DNA of 64,000 nt from Tubiluchus corallicola (taxonomy: Eukaryota; Animalia; Priapulida), in NCBI GenBank assembly GCA_030141605.1, contig JAQGDQ010000050.1, forward strand, positions 693,971-757,970, written 5' to 3'. Positions within the stretch are counted from its first letter, which is position 1; each line of letters opens with the position of its first letter. Positions 15,501-28,959 of the stretch are shown one piece after another. The position numbers and the translations under genes were made by a program. The notes under the pieces are model-generated. The model had not been told where the DNA came from, did no database searches, and was given only the letters and a program-made list of their open reading frames with translations.

Positions 15501-18500
15501 TTTGCAAGCACAACCTAGCATTCAGGTCTGTAGGTAACTGTTCAAGGAACTTTTTGGGGGGAAAAATGTTGTTGTTTTTGCAACGAGACAAATATGAATT
15601 CAGTAATAGATTGCCATTTGAAATTTTGTTTGATTTGTCAGGCAATATAATATATATATATATACATACAGTAGGCGCCACTTAATAAACTTACTTTGAC
15701 CCAATTAACCAACTGAACCTATTAACCGATGGGTGTTGTATTACTGGTATAGTATGAGTCACCAGCTTACCGTGCACTGCAAATCTTTTTAATGAATTTT
15801 AGAAATGAAGTAATGGCTAAATTCCTTTGTGCAGTTGAAAGCAAATTAAAAAAACATATTTTAAAATATTAATCCATATAAGTGAATTAGCAGTAAATTA
15901 AAAAGTATACTGTCTAAATCACACAAGTTTAATTATTTGCAAAAATTACAAAATTCTTTTAAAATTGGCTGATTCATTTTATCGCAAAGAAGTTGGGTCA
16001 CAAATTCTCGTAAAATATGTAGTGTTTGGCATACTTAAACTGTTGGTGGTAGGCCACCAGTGTATCCCTGCAGCTTTGTCTGTAGTTTCGTCTAAGATCC
16101 CGCTTGCTATCGTGACGTACTGTACTGTGCCTGTAACTGTGTTCCTAGCATAACAGCAGCAACTAACTGATGAAACTTCCTGACGGGGACAGCCAGACCT
16201 TCAAAAGCAAACGGCTAAGCAAGCGAGTTAAAAATGTTTAGCTTCCAGGAATTTTTGGGTAACGAGGTTAATTGCACAGTGGACGGGCGGGTCCATTTGG
16301 CTAGCATATTAGCGTATGGTAAACGTTCTTGCTTACAAACAAAACGGTACTTAACATGATTGTTTCTATGTATATTGTAGGACAAAAGCGAACTACGATG
16401 ATATAAAAGTCATAAAAGCTTATTTGTCACATAAAAGTGTCTTATTGAAGCATGTGAAGCAAAAATATTGAATCAATTATGCGGAGTTATTTGAGTCAAT
16501 TACCGACAGTTTTTATGTACATTTGAATAGAAGCAGCCCGTACCTGTCGTTTTTGAGTCAATTCAGTCTATTAACCGTGAGTTTATTAAGCGGCGCCCAC
16601 TGAATTTCACAAAAGGGTAAATACTACATTTTACACAATTGCAATCTCTTATATTAATATTCTTGGTATGGGCTTAATATATAAGATTCGAGGCTACAGC
16701 CCGGACGAGGGCACCATTTGCGGCGATCTATATATCAAACGAATCTTAAATTAATTCATCTGTACAGTATTTAATATGAGTTATATTGAGTAGTTAATAT
16801 CATTTATAATAGTGTCTATGTACAAGAAGTAAAATAATATAACATTTAGTTGATTAGCAGACTTAGCAACATCTCTTTTACTTCATTATAACAAAAGCCC
16901 TGTATTGTCCATTCACCATTAAGTGTCCAGAAGAGTTCACAGCACGAAAAATCAATTTCATTAAAACTAGCAAGACTCCTAAACTTTACTGAATTAACGA
17001 GCAATTGTTATTGAATTATTAACAAACATGTACGCACTAATAGGCTTGAATTTAGACAATCATTTACAAATTAGCTACTTTTTCATTTCATTATTAGCAA
17101 ATAACAAGAAACTCCCAATACATAAACTGGCTTGTACATCTCTGTTGCATATTTTCAGCCGTGAAGCTACATTCCTAAGCTTATTTAGAGAAAAACATTC
17201 ATTGCTAGTATGTCAAGTTGCAGCTAAATTTTAAGAATTACAAGGAGTATTTCTTAGGCTGTATACTTTGTATGTGTTGACTGTGAAAGTGTAAGATAAC
17301 TTTGAGCGTATATATTGCTTTGTTATCTTACTTAGAAACTAATATACTACTAGTAATGCATTATTGTATCATTATACATGGCTGCTGATAAAGTATGAAC
17401 TCTATTTAGTTTATAACAATGGAAAAGGTCAGTGAAAACTTCCGGTGTTGGATTACGACTGAGATGCATCCGAAATTTCCCATGGGATTGCTGCAAATCA
17501 GCATCAAGTTTACAAATGATCCACCTATGGGTGTCAAAGCTGGTTTAAAAAGAACATTTGCTCACATAACCCAGGTAGTGTATCATTTCAATTAGCTGAA
17601 CATTCCCTAAAACCATTTCAATGCACACTGTTTTGATATGCCTGGGCACAATTTCAGACTGCTTGAATAGTTTTCTCTAACAATATTACATTTCAGTTAA
17701 TATAATTTTATTTGCCTTTAAGGAATTGGCAGACAAAAAAAGAAAAAATTTTACCAGAATAATATGTTCGCATTTGACTAATAAAAACCTATATGGGCAT
17801 ACGCATCAGCTGTGCAATGTAGAGATGTTTTTGCTCTTGAGACCACTTTTTGCGAATGTTGGTTTCATTCTTGGTCTCCAGGACGTTAGATTTTCTAGTG
17901 TTGTTATTGAAATTCAGTGTCTTTACTTTAGAGGATTATTCTTGATCCTGGGTTAGGAGTAATCCCTCCATAGTGCCTCCACCATCTGCATAATGACCTG
18001 TCACTAAGTGCTTGACTTATTGAACTGGAATTTTTAATTAGCTTCCAAAGTTATTAAAGCTTTTAAATTTCGTTTGCTTAACTTATATTTGCATAAATAC
18101 CTGTCCAATTATCTAATTGTCTACACTGCGTATTCATACAAATGTTGGTAACATATATTTTATAAAATCTTTTTGGATTGAATACAACTTCTGGAACACC
18201 AAGTACGTTTGCTTACCAGTTACAATGCAACGTAGCAAACTACATTTTTTAGTAATGAAATATGTTTTATTTTGCTTTTTCAGGATCAATTGGATGCTAA
18301 TAACCTTCCGCAATGGAAGCCGATGTTATACGCTGTTGCTTTCCTCCATACTGTCGTACAAGAGCGGAGAAAATATGGACCTTTAGGGTGGAATATTCCA
18401 TATGAGTTTAATAATGCTGATTTTACTTCCACTGTGCAGTTTATACAGAATCACTTAGAAGAAGTCAATCCCAAAAAGGTATATGAAGATGTATATGTAG

Positions 18501-21500
18501 CAGTCTACTGCTGTTACTCTGTCATTTGCATCATGGACATTGCTACTGTTTTAACAGTCTTCCAACAAACATGCCATTCTTCAATAATTGTTCAATGCAT
18601 CAAATAGTTTTATGTAACTTAGGGCAACCGATGATATGTCGTGTTTGTTGTTGTGCATGCATAAACTCATGAACTCATGAAAAGCAAGCTGCTAACAAAG
18701 TTCTTTGTTTGTATAATATTACTATACCTGAGGAAAACATGATATCAAAGTCACAATTGAACCTTAAAACACAGATAAATAACATACATAACAAAAAGTT
18801 AAAAAAGGTACAGAAAATTCAGCAAAATCATGCACTTAAACTCAAGTAGTCCCACCTATATACAAATGAAGGCCCAGTGTCGCTTAACCTTTATTTAGAG
18901 AATTAAAGGCATTAGTATAATTGCATTATTCGTATTCTTAGGCAAACATACAACTTTTAACAGCAACTATCGTATTGAGTTATAGCGTATTCTTGGAATA
19001 TTTTCACAGGGAAAAATCAGTTAAACACTCTTGAAACATAATTTAGCACTTTCAGTTAATGCATGCATCATAATATAGAGAACTAACTCAAAAACTATCG
19101 ATTCTATAAAGAAAGAGATGCATTAGTCCATGACATGAACAGTTCCTCTTAGCTTCTTTCATGGTGTCAATGTGGCAGAAAGGTATCAGTGAATGGGGGT
19201 GGATAGGGTAGCTAGGGTGATGCCAGCCAGAGGTAACAATGTTATTACTATTGTTGTTCGATCAGTCATTGTTAAATGTTAAGACATTTATGTTTTAATT
19301 TTCAATTTTATAATGATTCAGTATCAGTAACACAACTAAACCTCAACAAACTGTGTGCAGGTAAAAAATCGAAAATATACATGCTGGAACTTTCAATAGC
19401 TTACTGAGAGTTTTGAATGTGCTTTTGCTTGAAAATTATTTCAAGTGCTCCTTACATATGCAGCTTACTTGCAACAAGTTGAAAGCTACAACTAGCTACC
19501 AACAATAACAACCAACAAGAAAGTAATCAGTTGATTACCGTACTTTGTTGACTTGAATTTCTAGTTGTTTACTTTTTTCTTTGAAGAATGTCTCATGGAA
19601 CACGGTACGATACATGATAGGCGAGGTGCAGTATGGTGGCAGAGTTACCGACGATTTTGACAAGCGCTTGCTGAACACATTTGCTAAAGTTTGGTTTAGT
19701 GACAGCATGTTTCAGCAAAACTTTGAATTTTATGACGGTAAGACATGACTGAAAATTGTCAGGTTTTATTTTTTTTAATTAACTTATACTAGATGCTGAT
19801 TAATGAATAAATGTGCGTTTATTTTCTACTCTTGCAGTTTTGGTAGAGGTGTTTTAAAATGGCCGAGACTACTTTTTTCTCAATTTTTGTTCTTAGATAT
19901 AATGTGTAGTTGAATGGCTAAAATTACTAGAATACCATTAAACTGAGTGCTTTGAGTGCCCATCTGTGTTTTGCATAAGTGCACCAAACAGACTAAAATA
20001 GGAGCATAGTAACCAATTTATTGTAACATCTATGTCAGTATCATCCAGTTTTAAGCTAGTTGCGCATAGTCTACTGTTTCCTGCTTGTCAACTGTCATCA
20101 GTTGTATTGCCTTTGCATATTTGTTTTTGAATATATAGATTCTTTTTGTAAAAATGTCGGTACAGTTTGGAATTTAAAGCTAATGATATGGCTGTGTATG
20201 TACTGTGTTGTTGATATGTGGTTGTGTTAACTAGCCAGTGCAAGTTTCTCTTCTTGGATGTGAAGAAGATATCTTTTATCATTTTTTATCGTAGACTGAA
20301 ATTTTTTAGGAATGCAGATTTGTCAAAAATCCAGAAACAGTTACCTGTTGACTGTGTGTGATTACTTGCACGCAACCATATCCTTTTTTAATCAAAATTG
20401 GCTTTTAATCCATAATGTCATGATGATTTTGTATATTTTTAGGCAACAAAATTAAAATTTCTTTTTAACAGGAATTATCTTTAGACCATAATATCATAAT
20501 TATTTTGTACATTTTGGGCCCTAATCTTACAGATATTGTAGGCAATAAGCAATATAAGGAGTTGCAGTTGCTATAGTAATGTTACTGGTAATAGTAATAG
20601 TAATGGTAGCGAATTAAAGAAGTCTATAGTTAGTAAACTGAAAATGTTGTTATGTTTTGTCTCAGTACATTTTGGAAAATAAAGCTTAAGTTAAGGTGCT
20701 CTTATAATTCCACTGTATTATCATGTCAATGTTGGTAGCAATCTATAATAATATAATTATAGATTTGCTATATTTGACCGTGTCTACTTTGGGCAAAGAG
20801 AAGACTTGCCCTTTTTTATATGAAAGGGTATTATGTTTTTCCATTGCAGGTTATAAAATTCCTCACTGTAGTCACATTCAGGAGTTCAGGCTTAGCATTG
20901 ACAAACTACCATCGCTTGATTCACCAGAGGTGTTTCGTTTGCATCCGAATGCTAACATCGCGTAAGTTTATCTTACATTTTCAAAATACTGCTAAGGCTT
21001 GACCTGTAGAATGCTAACATCGCGTAAGTTTATCTTACATTTTCAAAATACTGCTAAGGCTTGACCTGTAATTGCTTCTGCAATATGTAGATGTTTGCAG
21101 ATCTGTATTTACTTAATCAACTTTCAGTGAGATTTGATTACTTGTTATTGCTTTCATTTCACTTATAATAAGTTGTTATGTACCATGTGGTCTTGTTGCA
21201 CTGCATTCTCTTAATATAAAATAAACAAGCCTTTATTTAGTGCCACCATGGCTTAATTTTTGTCTAGAAAGACAGAAAAGGTTATTAAGAACGTCAAATC
21301 TAAAACCGCCACATTTTGCCCTGCTGAGCATTTTGCTTGTTAGCTGTAGTAAGCAACATCCTTGAAGACAGTGTATACTAAATAAATATTTTAAGAATGG
21401 AAATTTTTTTGTCTACGTGGTTTGAGTAGCTTTGGTTGCATATTGCCTGAGATTATTGTCTATTGACTTCAGAAAAAACTGTATGCATTCTTATTTCTTA

Positions 21501-24500
21501 TTTGCCAAAACAAATAATCGAGCTCAAGTTCCATTTTTTGAATTTGAAAATAGCCACACATTTACTGTTTTATTTGCAATTAAGTAACATTCATGTAAAA
21601 ATCTTCAGCGTAAGGTATAGTAATAATTAGTACTACAATTAGTGACAATACAATTGTTGGTTATTTATTGTGTTCAAACATCTCATTGGACTTTTCAATT
21701 CAAATATGTAAGGTGAGAAGTAAACTTTTATGTTTATACTATAAACGTTTTTCATCTTAAGGTATGACTCCATGTATACGTAATGCATAATGCGTGATTT
21801 GTAATGCATCTACAACAGTTTGTATTTAAACATGGAGAAGTGTTTCCATTTGCACACTTCTGGATTGTGGATTGTGTTGGGTGACGCGTGATGTGTGATC
21901 CGTATTCATTCACACGTGATCGCTGTCATCCGAATATGCATCACGCAGCAATACGCAGACGGGAAACCGTCGTTGCCTAGGTGATTATACAGAGTTTTCA
22001 AGTTTCCAGTGCCCATTTTTGCTTTCTGAAAATTCTAGTTAGGTGAGTTTTGGTCACTTTAGGACCTATAAACAATAATATTTTTCCTATTTGAATTTTT
22101 GAGAAATAGAAGAAGCACATAGCACCTAACTGCAGTATCACTAATGGATGATATGTGCTGAACTGTTCTCTTCCCTGCCAAGTGTAGTGTGCACCCAAAC
22201 CTGTGCTTTCTTTTGAATTTTTCCATCTAATAGTACAATAATAAGCTATTCTGCCTCAGCTGTAATTATCATGTAATTTCAACAGAGACATGGTTTCCAA
22301 AATATATTGTTTGCAATTTTCACGAATACTGACCAAAAATGGCAGAAAAAATGCCGTGGGTTTTGTTAATATGCATAGCGTTTACGGACACGTGGAAACA
22401 GTCAATATGCATCACGCATTACACATTGCGCGCACATGGAGTCGTAGCTTTACTCAGTTCTGTTTTATTAATTAGTTATGTTATTCCAGGTATCAAACAA
22501 ATTTGTCGAATGAGATCTTCAGTACTATACTCAATATCCAACCCAAAGATGTGATTGTTGGACATGGAGAAACAAGAGAAATGGTCGTGTATAAAATTGC
22601 TACAGATATGTTACAGAAACTTCCTCCTGAATACATACAGCACAAGGTGGGCAATTACTAAAACTCTTAGAATGCAGTTTCATTATGAAAATTATTTTAA
22701 GTGTATTTAAAATACTTTCTGCAATTATGTTGTGCTTATTAAAGTTCTTTATTTGCATAATATACAGGTAGCAAGTTCCCTGAAAAAGATGGGAGCGTTG
22801 TCGTCAATGAATATATTTCTTCGTCAAGAAATAGACTGCATGCAGAAAATTTTAAACATTGTCAGAGTCACACTTATAGACCTAAAACTTGCAATAGATG
22901 GTACCATAGTGATGAGCGCGAATCTCACCGATGCACTTGATAATTTATTCGACGCACGGATCCCAGCAGTTTGGAGAAAGGTAACTGAATGGCTGCTTTG
23001 TTTGGATGTGCTTGTGCAAGCTGTACATTGTCACTTAACTTATAATCACAATTATGATGTGATTCAATGTGAGCATTAAATGGCATTAAGTGGCTGTCAT
23101 TATATGATCATTTAGATATATACAACTGAGACATCTGATACTTCATCATGCAAAGGAAAACAAGGATGATTTTTCATATCATATCCCATTTTTAAGTACT
23201 GTTAAAAAGTATATATGTTAACAGTAATAATACTGATAATTAAATAATGGGTTAAAACTTTATTAATGGCCGAGGAGCCTGGCTAGTGATGACATCACAA
23301 ATGAACATAATTATCAACAGCTCAAACATTCCATGAGCATCTAGCACATGTTACATGTTTGCGAAAGTGAAGATTGAAGTACAGTGCTACTGTAAGAAAT
23401 TCATTGTGTTATTCTAAAACTCGGCAAGTATTAAGATAAAATTCAAATTTCAGTTTTACCACTGTGCTCACGCATGAGCTCTTGAACGTGAGCACAATAC
23501 ATCACAAATGAACGTCTGTGAACTGAGAGGTGTAGCACCTGTATTTTGTGTAATGCATTCTGAATGCAAGCGCTAGCGCTCATCTAACTAATGAATGGCG
23601 AAATACATGTAACAGCAAAGAACTAGCTGCGCAAACACGAAAATACATTTGTGTGGTAATAATTCTTTCACATAAGTCACTTTTGAAAAAATAGTATGTT
23701 CCCTTTCAATATTTTAAAGAGTAGATTGGTTTGACCTACAATTTAAGATTTGGTCCTTTAAATTCATAGGTGCTGTAAGTCCTGTTTGAATAGCTCCTCG
23801 TTCAGCAGTGACTCATTTGAACACTGGCAAACTGTTGACGTTTTTTGCTCACTTAACAACAGGTGTTTTATTTTAACAGTTTGGAAATTAAACTTACAAG
23901 CTTTATTTACTAACAATACCTATATCTACAGCAACTAATTTAGGCTAGTACACCTGTATATGGTATAACTTATTGCTGATGCTTGACTCTGTGCAAATAT
24001 AATGACATAATTGTGTTATGCTTGCCTGCCTGCATAAATAACTTTATGTGTAATTGAACACTTGAAATAAAATTTAAAACATGAACATCAATTGACTGTT
24101 GAATTTATGCGTTACAAGGGCAAAAATATTTTCACTTAAATAAAACATTTTTTCTAAAAGTGTGTTTTTTTATCCAGTGAAAGCCATTAATCCAGCACAT
24201 CATTGATATAGCCGGTAATATGTGCATCAGAGCTGTGCTCAGCTAAGATTTGTGGGGGATCTACAACTTCACTGATTTATCAAACTATAAATTCTCGAGT
24301 CCAGAAAATTTGCAGAGATACCAAGATGTCTAAGTTCGTAAATTTGCAAAGAAACTACCACATGGTGATATCGGTCACAGAATGGTGTTTTTCCTAGACT
24401 ACTTATTTAACTCCAATTAAGTGCCTGTTTTAAAATTAACAATATGTGGATGCTATACGTATTGCTTTATCTATACAATTTCAGTAATTTTTATACAGTT

Positions 24501-25059
24501 ACAAAAGATAGCTGAAATACAATGAATATGCATTTTTTATACATAAATTAAATTTGTATGATGCTAAATACTAATATAACACAATTAATTCCATCATATT
24601 AAATAGCAATAATGTTATGAACTGTAGTTACAAACATTTTATCATAGCACAAAAAAGAAACCGTGTTCCACATACATTTGTTAGAAAACTTTATTGCTTG
24701 ATTGATTTATCATCTAGTTGTCCTGGGAGTCAGCAACATTTGGATTTTGGTTTATGGAGCTTATTGAGAGAGACAATCAATTTAGAAGTTGGTTAGAGAA
24801 TGGACGACCAAATAGCTTCTGGATGTGTGGCTTCTTTAATCCGCAGGTAACTGGCAAAAAAGGTTACAACTCTGATATTTTAGTGCTATTATTATTATTA
24901 CTATTATTATTATTATCATCATCATTATTATTATTTATCCTGTAAAATCGTAGATAGTAGGACAAGTTCGCTTAATTATTTCCCTACTTTGACAACTGTA
25001 ACTGACAATTTATCCAGTTTGATATACTTTTGATTTTGAAGGCGTGACTCTATATGTAC

Positions 25060-25093
<34 letters not shown>

Positions 25094-26690
25094 TATATGC
25101 AATGAAACTATGATTGGTCATGAACATTGGCGAGTGACACATGCTATGCAGTTTTGTGCAATCTTTGAGGAAATTCAATTGGCATAATTCTTGAGTGACA
25201 CGTTTTCCAGATAAGATTTTCCTAATGAGATAACTTTGCTGGCTGTTTCCAAATTGGAGTTTAGACATACTGCACTGCTTAAGAATGCACGACTTCAAGT
25301 GTCACTTTGCCACAACTGGAATATCCAATAATCTAGGCGTATAATAATAATTTATTCAATAATATAAACAATAAATTAATAAACAGCTTTTTTGAAAGTA
25401 TCAACAGCAGAGTGTTGATTGGTTAATCTGATATCTATTTTTAGAATTAGTGATCGTCAATATTAATGCTTACTATTTACAGGGTTTTCTGACGGCTATG
25501 CGCCAAGAGATCACTCGAGCTCACAAAGGTTGGTCATTGGATAAAGTGGTACTTCAGAATGAAGTGACAAAATTCATGAAGGAAGATATTACTGGACCAC
25601 CACCTGAAGGTATTTCTGCTCTTTGTGTAACAGTGAGAAAGTTTGACTTTTAACGCTCTTAGCGGTGAATTGTGATGAAAATAATTTGTTACGGTCATGC
25701 TTGTGTGAAAAATTTTTCTTAACCTGTCTAATGTCATAATGATCATGTCATTTTGATACTAGTTTTTATGGGTAATTATGAGGCATAGTTTTCCAGTTAC
25801 TTAAGTCATTAAATGGTGAAGGTGTGCTTAAAGACTTGACTGTCACAAGGTTTATTGCTTCATGACCACCATATAGCCAAATTAACATCAAATGTCAAAT
25901 TTAATACCCTCGTTTAAAGTTTTATTTGTGCAGCACAAACAATTGTCGATTCAATAAATAGAGCACATGCGGTCACAACAATACACTAATTTTTACCCTT
26001 CCATCCAGGATGGAAACGTATCGAGCATGCACGTAAGGCATACAGTTTCGCTATACCTGTGTTTTTCCAAATATCTTACTGCAGTGTAAACAGACTGCAG
26101 GTAGGATACATTTTTGTAAACTCAATTAGCAATTGTTAGTTGGGATAGAGGCAATTTTTACAGAGGTAAAAAAATTACTTTAGCTAAATAGAACTGGCAA
26201 TTTAACGAAGTATTAGCCAAGAATGTGGATTTCAAATACAAACAAAGTGCACAATATCTTCTTTTAAACTGCCCAGCTACTAGTGTGCCAGCAGTGCACC
26301 AAACAGAGCTCAAACTTGGTTTGTGTTTAACCACAGTATTTCTGTCATAATCTTGCTAAAGCTCAATTTCATAAATCTGACGTTTTTAATGTTACAGGTG
26401 TGTATGTCACTGGGTTGTTCCTTGACGGAGCGTCATGGGATCGCCGTGTCAGTCGACTCATTGAACCGTTAGCAAAAGTTCTCTACACACCACTTCCAGT
26501 TGTTCACGTTTTTGCCGATGTCCATGACAACATGACTAACAGCGCACAATTCTATGAGTGCCCAGTGTACAAGAAGCCAAGAAGAACAGGTCTGAATTAC
26601 ATCTTTTCCCTGTGGCTGCGAACCGGAGCAATGTCGCCAGATCACTGGATCTTACGTGGAGTTGCTCTACTAGGTGACATACACCAGTAA
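540..26690 (+). CDS. DNAH5/DNAH8-like: Axonemal dynein heavy chain, outer-arm gamma type (DNAH5/DNAH8-like), 5'-partial; covers stalk/MTBD, AAA5, AAA6 and C-terminal domain
   Basis: 26 exons join in frame (3903 nt): 540-659, 1177-1344, 1821-1958, 2512-2624, 3050-3194, 3957-4075, 5170-5254, 6572-6727, 6909-7091, 7289-7377, 7739-7893, 9656-9834, 10752-10878, 12288-12409, 13459-13644, 15017-15152, 15273-15412, 17410-17574, 18284-18478, 19587-19737, 20850-20961, 22490-22646, 22768-22980, 24718-24846, 25483-25609, 26398-26690 (TAA). Recognised motifs: [147 protein letters not shown]. All introns are GT-AG except one GC-AG. Confidence 0.96.
4444..5032. mobile_element. Non-autonomous DNA transposon, Kolobok-like, copy 1
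   Basis: About 570 bp colinear with 23151-23761 (shared ggatgatttttcata, gatgacatcacaaa, ttgaagtacagtgctactg, gaactgagaggt, ttgacctac). Starts ttaa-AGG, and the other copy ends CCT-ttaa, as Kolobok termini do. Ends approximate. Confidence 0.6.
8086..9245. mobile_element. Fragment of the internally repetitive element family also found at 48587-49919, interrupted by a TTAA MITE
   Basis: Shares tttgccctaattttcgca, cacatct, ccctaggaggagttga and gacctttgacc-like blocks with 48587-49919. Confidence 0.7.
8387..9071. mobile_element. piggyBac-like MITE with TTAA target duplication
   Basis: TTAA at 8383-8386 and 9072-9075; short TIR ctcctt...aaggag. Removing it restores ccttaaagaatcccagcttt, which is seen uninterrupted at about 8250-8270. 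Confidence 0.8.
9759..10297 (+). repeat. Tandem triplication of a 180-bp unit spanning a dynein exon 3' end and its donor
   Basis: Near-identical units start at 9759, 9939 and 10119. Confidence 0.95.
14217..14894. mobile_element. Possible degenerate hAT-like MITE
   Basis: Imperfect TIR gagatggacaaacc / ggtttgacccatcgcta; only a partial 8-bp TSD match. Confidence 0.35.
15669..16602. mobile_element. Tc1/mariner (pogo/Tigger-like) MITE
   Basis: TIR cagtaggcgccacttaataaact / gtttattaagcggcgcccactg; TA on the left at the end of a TA-rich run; subterminal attaaccg-like repeats. Confidence 0.75.
20947..21070 (+). repeat. Perfect 62-bp tandem duplication including a dynein splice donor
   Basis: 20947-21008 equals 21009-21070. 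Confidence 0.95.
23151..23761. mobile_element. Non-autonomous DNA transposon, Kolobok-like, copy 2
   Basis: Diverged direct copy of 4444-5032 in another dynein intron; ends ggtcctttaa. Confidence 0.6.
24888..25095. repeat. (TTA/TCA)n at 24888-24935 and (TATG)n at 25063-25095
   Basis: Seen directly. Confidence 0.9.
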
Positions 26691-26919
26691 TTGTTGCGCA
26701 ATGTGCAATATTTTATCTGTGATGAGCGTGCTGTGATATTCTAGGTTTTTTTTTATATCTGTGGTTTAGTGAAAGAAGGGTGTGATCCACATTATGTTTG
26801 TTCTGAGAAAATCACATTGTTTTGTAGCTCTGTTAAAAATTTGTAAATTTGCAGATAAACTCTCATTCTCACGACCTAATAATATTTGATAGCATCATAG
26901 CCATTATACGCAATAATGA

Positions 26920-26975
26920 CAGGGCCGGCTCTACCACTAGGCAAACTAGGCAGTTGCCTAGGGCGCCAAATTCTA
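26920..26975 (+). mobile_element. hAT-like transposon terminus
   Basis: cagggccggctctaccactaggcaaactaggcagttgcctagggcgcc resembles hAT MITE ends. A related end in the same orientation lies at about 28712-28770. No matching right end found. Confidence 0.45.
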
Positions 26976-27695
26976 GAAGTAATTCTTTAATTTTTAAATT
27001 TGACATAAACAATATTGTAGTAAAAAGCATATTTGCTTAGGTGCACAACACTGATTAAATGAAACGAATTTCCTGCATTACTTTCATGCCAATTTGTATG
27101 ATTCATCCACAATAACATGGAGCAGTCTTCCTGCAACAACCACTTTCTACTTTCGTTTTACCTGGCTTCCTAAGATTTACACCGTTTCAGGCAGATACTA
27201 CTGATGCGACACTACTTTTACTTATAATTTCTGTAGTATGCAGCTATGCATGAAGCAGCAGAGCAATTTCCTGCAATAACATTTAGCTAATTATGGAATA
27301 TAAACTTATAAGGAATTGAAGCCTTCAGCCTTAAGGAATTAATGCAGGAAACAAACGTTAAAAAAGCTGATGGACATTCAATTATTTGAATAGCAAAAAG
27401 ATTTGCTAATAATGAAGTATTGCAACCAAACAATAGTTATGATTGTGATGATTATGAAAATAGTGAAATGGAAAAACTTGAAAAAAGGAGTAGGGGATTC
27501 AAAAATTTTCAAAAGAAAAGGTTGAAAGAAAGACATGAAAAGTATGTATGTGCTGCAGAAATTGTCATTGCTGCTGAAGACCCAAATTGAATGGGATCAT
27601 AAATTCTACCAATAATTGACAATTAGTACACTGTATGCATATACATAAACATATACATGTATAAGCATAAAACCTGGATACCATTACAGTGTATA

Positions 27696-28666
27696 CCGTA
27701 AAACGGGGTGAGTTCGCCACTTTTTAGGGGTATTTTTTACGTTTCCTGCCATAGCAAGAGAATTACCCAACCGATTTTCTTAGTTCAAGCTTTATATTGC
27801 CTTTCGAATGAAACACTATCGTGGGGTGAATTCGCCACCAACAATTTAACACTGTTTAATGCCATTCTAGGCAGCTGAAGTTAACTGGTTGTGATTGGCT
27901 GCTTGGGGGTGAGTTCGCCACCCTATGAAAAAATTATGAAAAATGTCTAGTTTTAGTTTTCAAATAGAAATTTCTACGTTGGCAAGGAAGGCTTGAACGT
28001 CTTGTGCACTAATCTTGTCGCGGGCGCCCTTGATGTTGCCAGCCATTCTGAAAACCAGATTGTTCCTTCGGGCGAATGATTTGACAAAGTCTATTCCAGG
28101 GGTGTTTGGCTTGAATCGTCGTTCCTGAACTCCCTTCGCGTCAAGAACACTCTTAATCAGTAGTCGGAGATTGATGGCAGTCATTGGGAACCCCCACTCA
28201 GCGGTCACTTGGAGTGTTGGCGATTTCGTGCTCCTCGGCGGCGGAGAACACTGGCTGACCTCCGGTCTTCCGCGGATGACTTCCTGAGAGTTTGTCAGCA
28301 AGGGTCTTTCTTGGAACCCCGAATTGCCTCGCCGCTGCGCTGATTGTCCTGTTGTTATTCTTGACGGCATGTAGGGCAGCTTCCAGAGCTTCTGGGGTAT
28401 AATTTTGGTATCTATGACCCGATACAGGGGTGCAGGTGCGTGGCATGTTAAGTAGCAAGAAATAGTAGACAAATAATGTGTAGCGCAGAATGGAATACTT
28501 CTAGTGCGAATTGAAAGAAGATGACTGTCGCAAGCTGTTTATAATGACGGTGATCATGATATCTGTTCATTAAACACTGAACAATAGTTACAGCGAACCT
28601 ACAATGGCCATTACGTAAGGGGTGGCGAACTCACCCTCGGGTGGCGAACTCACATCCGTTTTACGG
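27696..28666 (-). mobile_element. pogo-family (Tc1/mariner superfamily) transposon, internally deleted
   Basis: TIR ccgtaaaacggggtgagttcgccac / gtggcgaactcacatccgttttacgg; TA on both sides; the ggtgagttcgccac motif is repeated subterminally at both ends. Confidence 0.92.
27960..28446 (-). pseudogene. Truncated, frameshifted pogo transposase N-terminus (HTH_psq plus CENP-B-type HTH)
   Basis: MPRT...YTPEALEAALHAVKNNNRTISAAARQFGVPRKTL...GGQPVFSAAEE, a frameshift near 28213, then LQVTAEWGFPMT...PGIDFVKSFARRNNL. No DDE domain. Confidence 0.88.
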
Positions 28667-28959
28667 TATGCAGCAAAAATTCAATTTTAAGAGTGGGGAC
28701 TGTGGGGAAGCCAGAGGCCTATTTACTAATAGGCTAACTAGGCTTTAGCTTGGGGCGGGAAATTTTGAAGGTGCCAGATTTTAAAGGTTCAGTATTAAAA
28801 AATTCTTATTCTCCTTATATAAAGCGTATGCTTTCATATTATGGAAAGCGCGTATTTTATAACACACCGCAAGCAATTACTGAGCCGTTTTTTATATAAA
28901 AACTCATAACAATATGTAATTTATTGGTCAACAAAATCATAATAAGTACATACTAAGTA

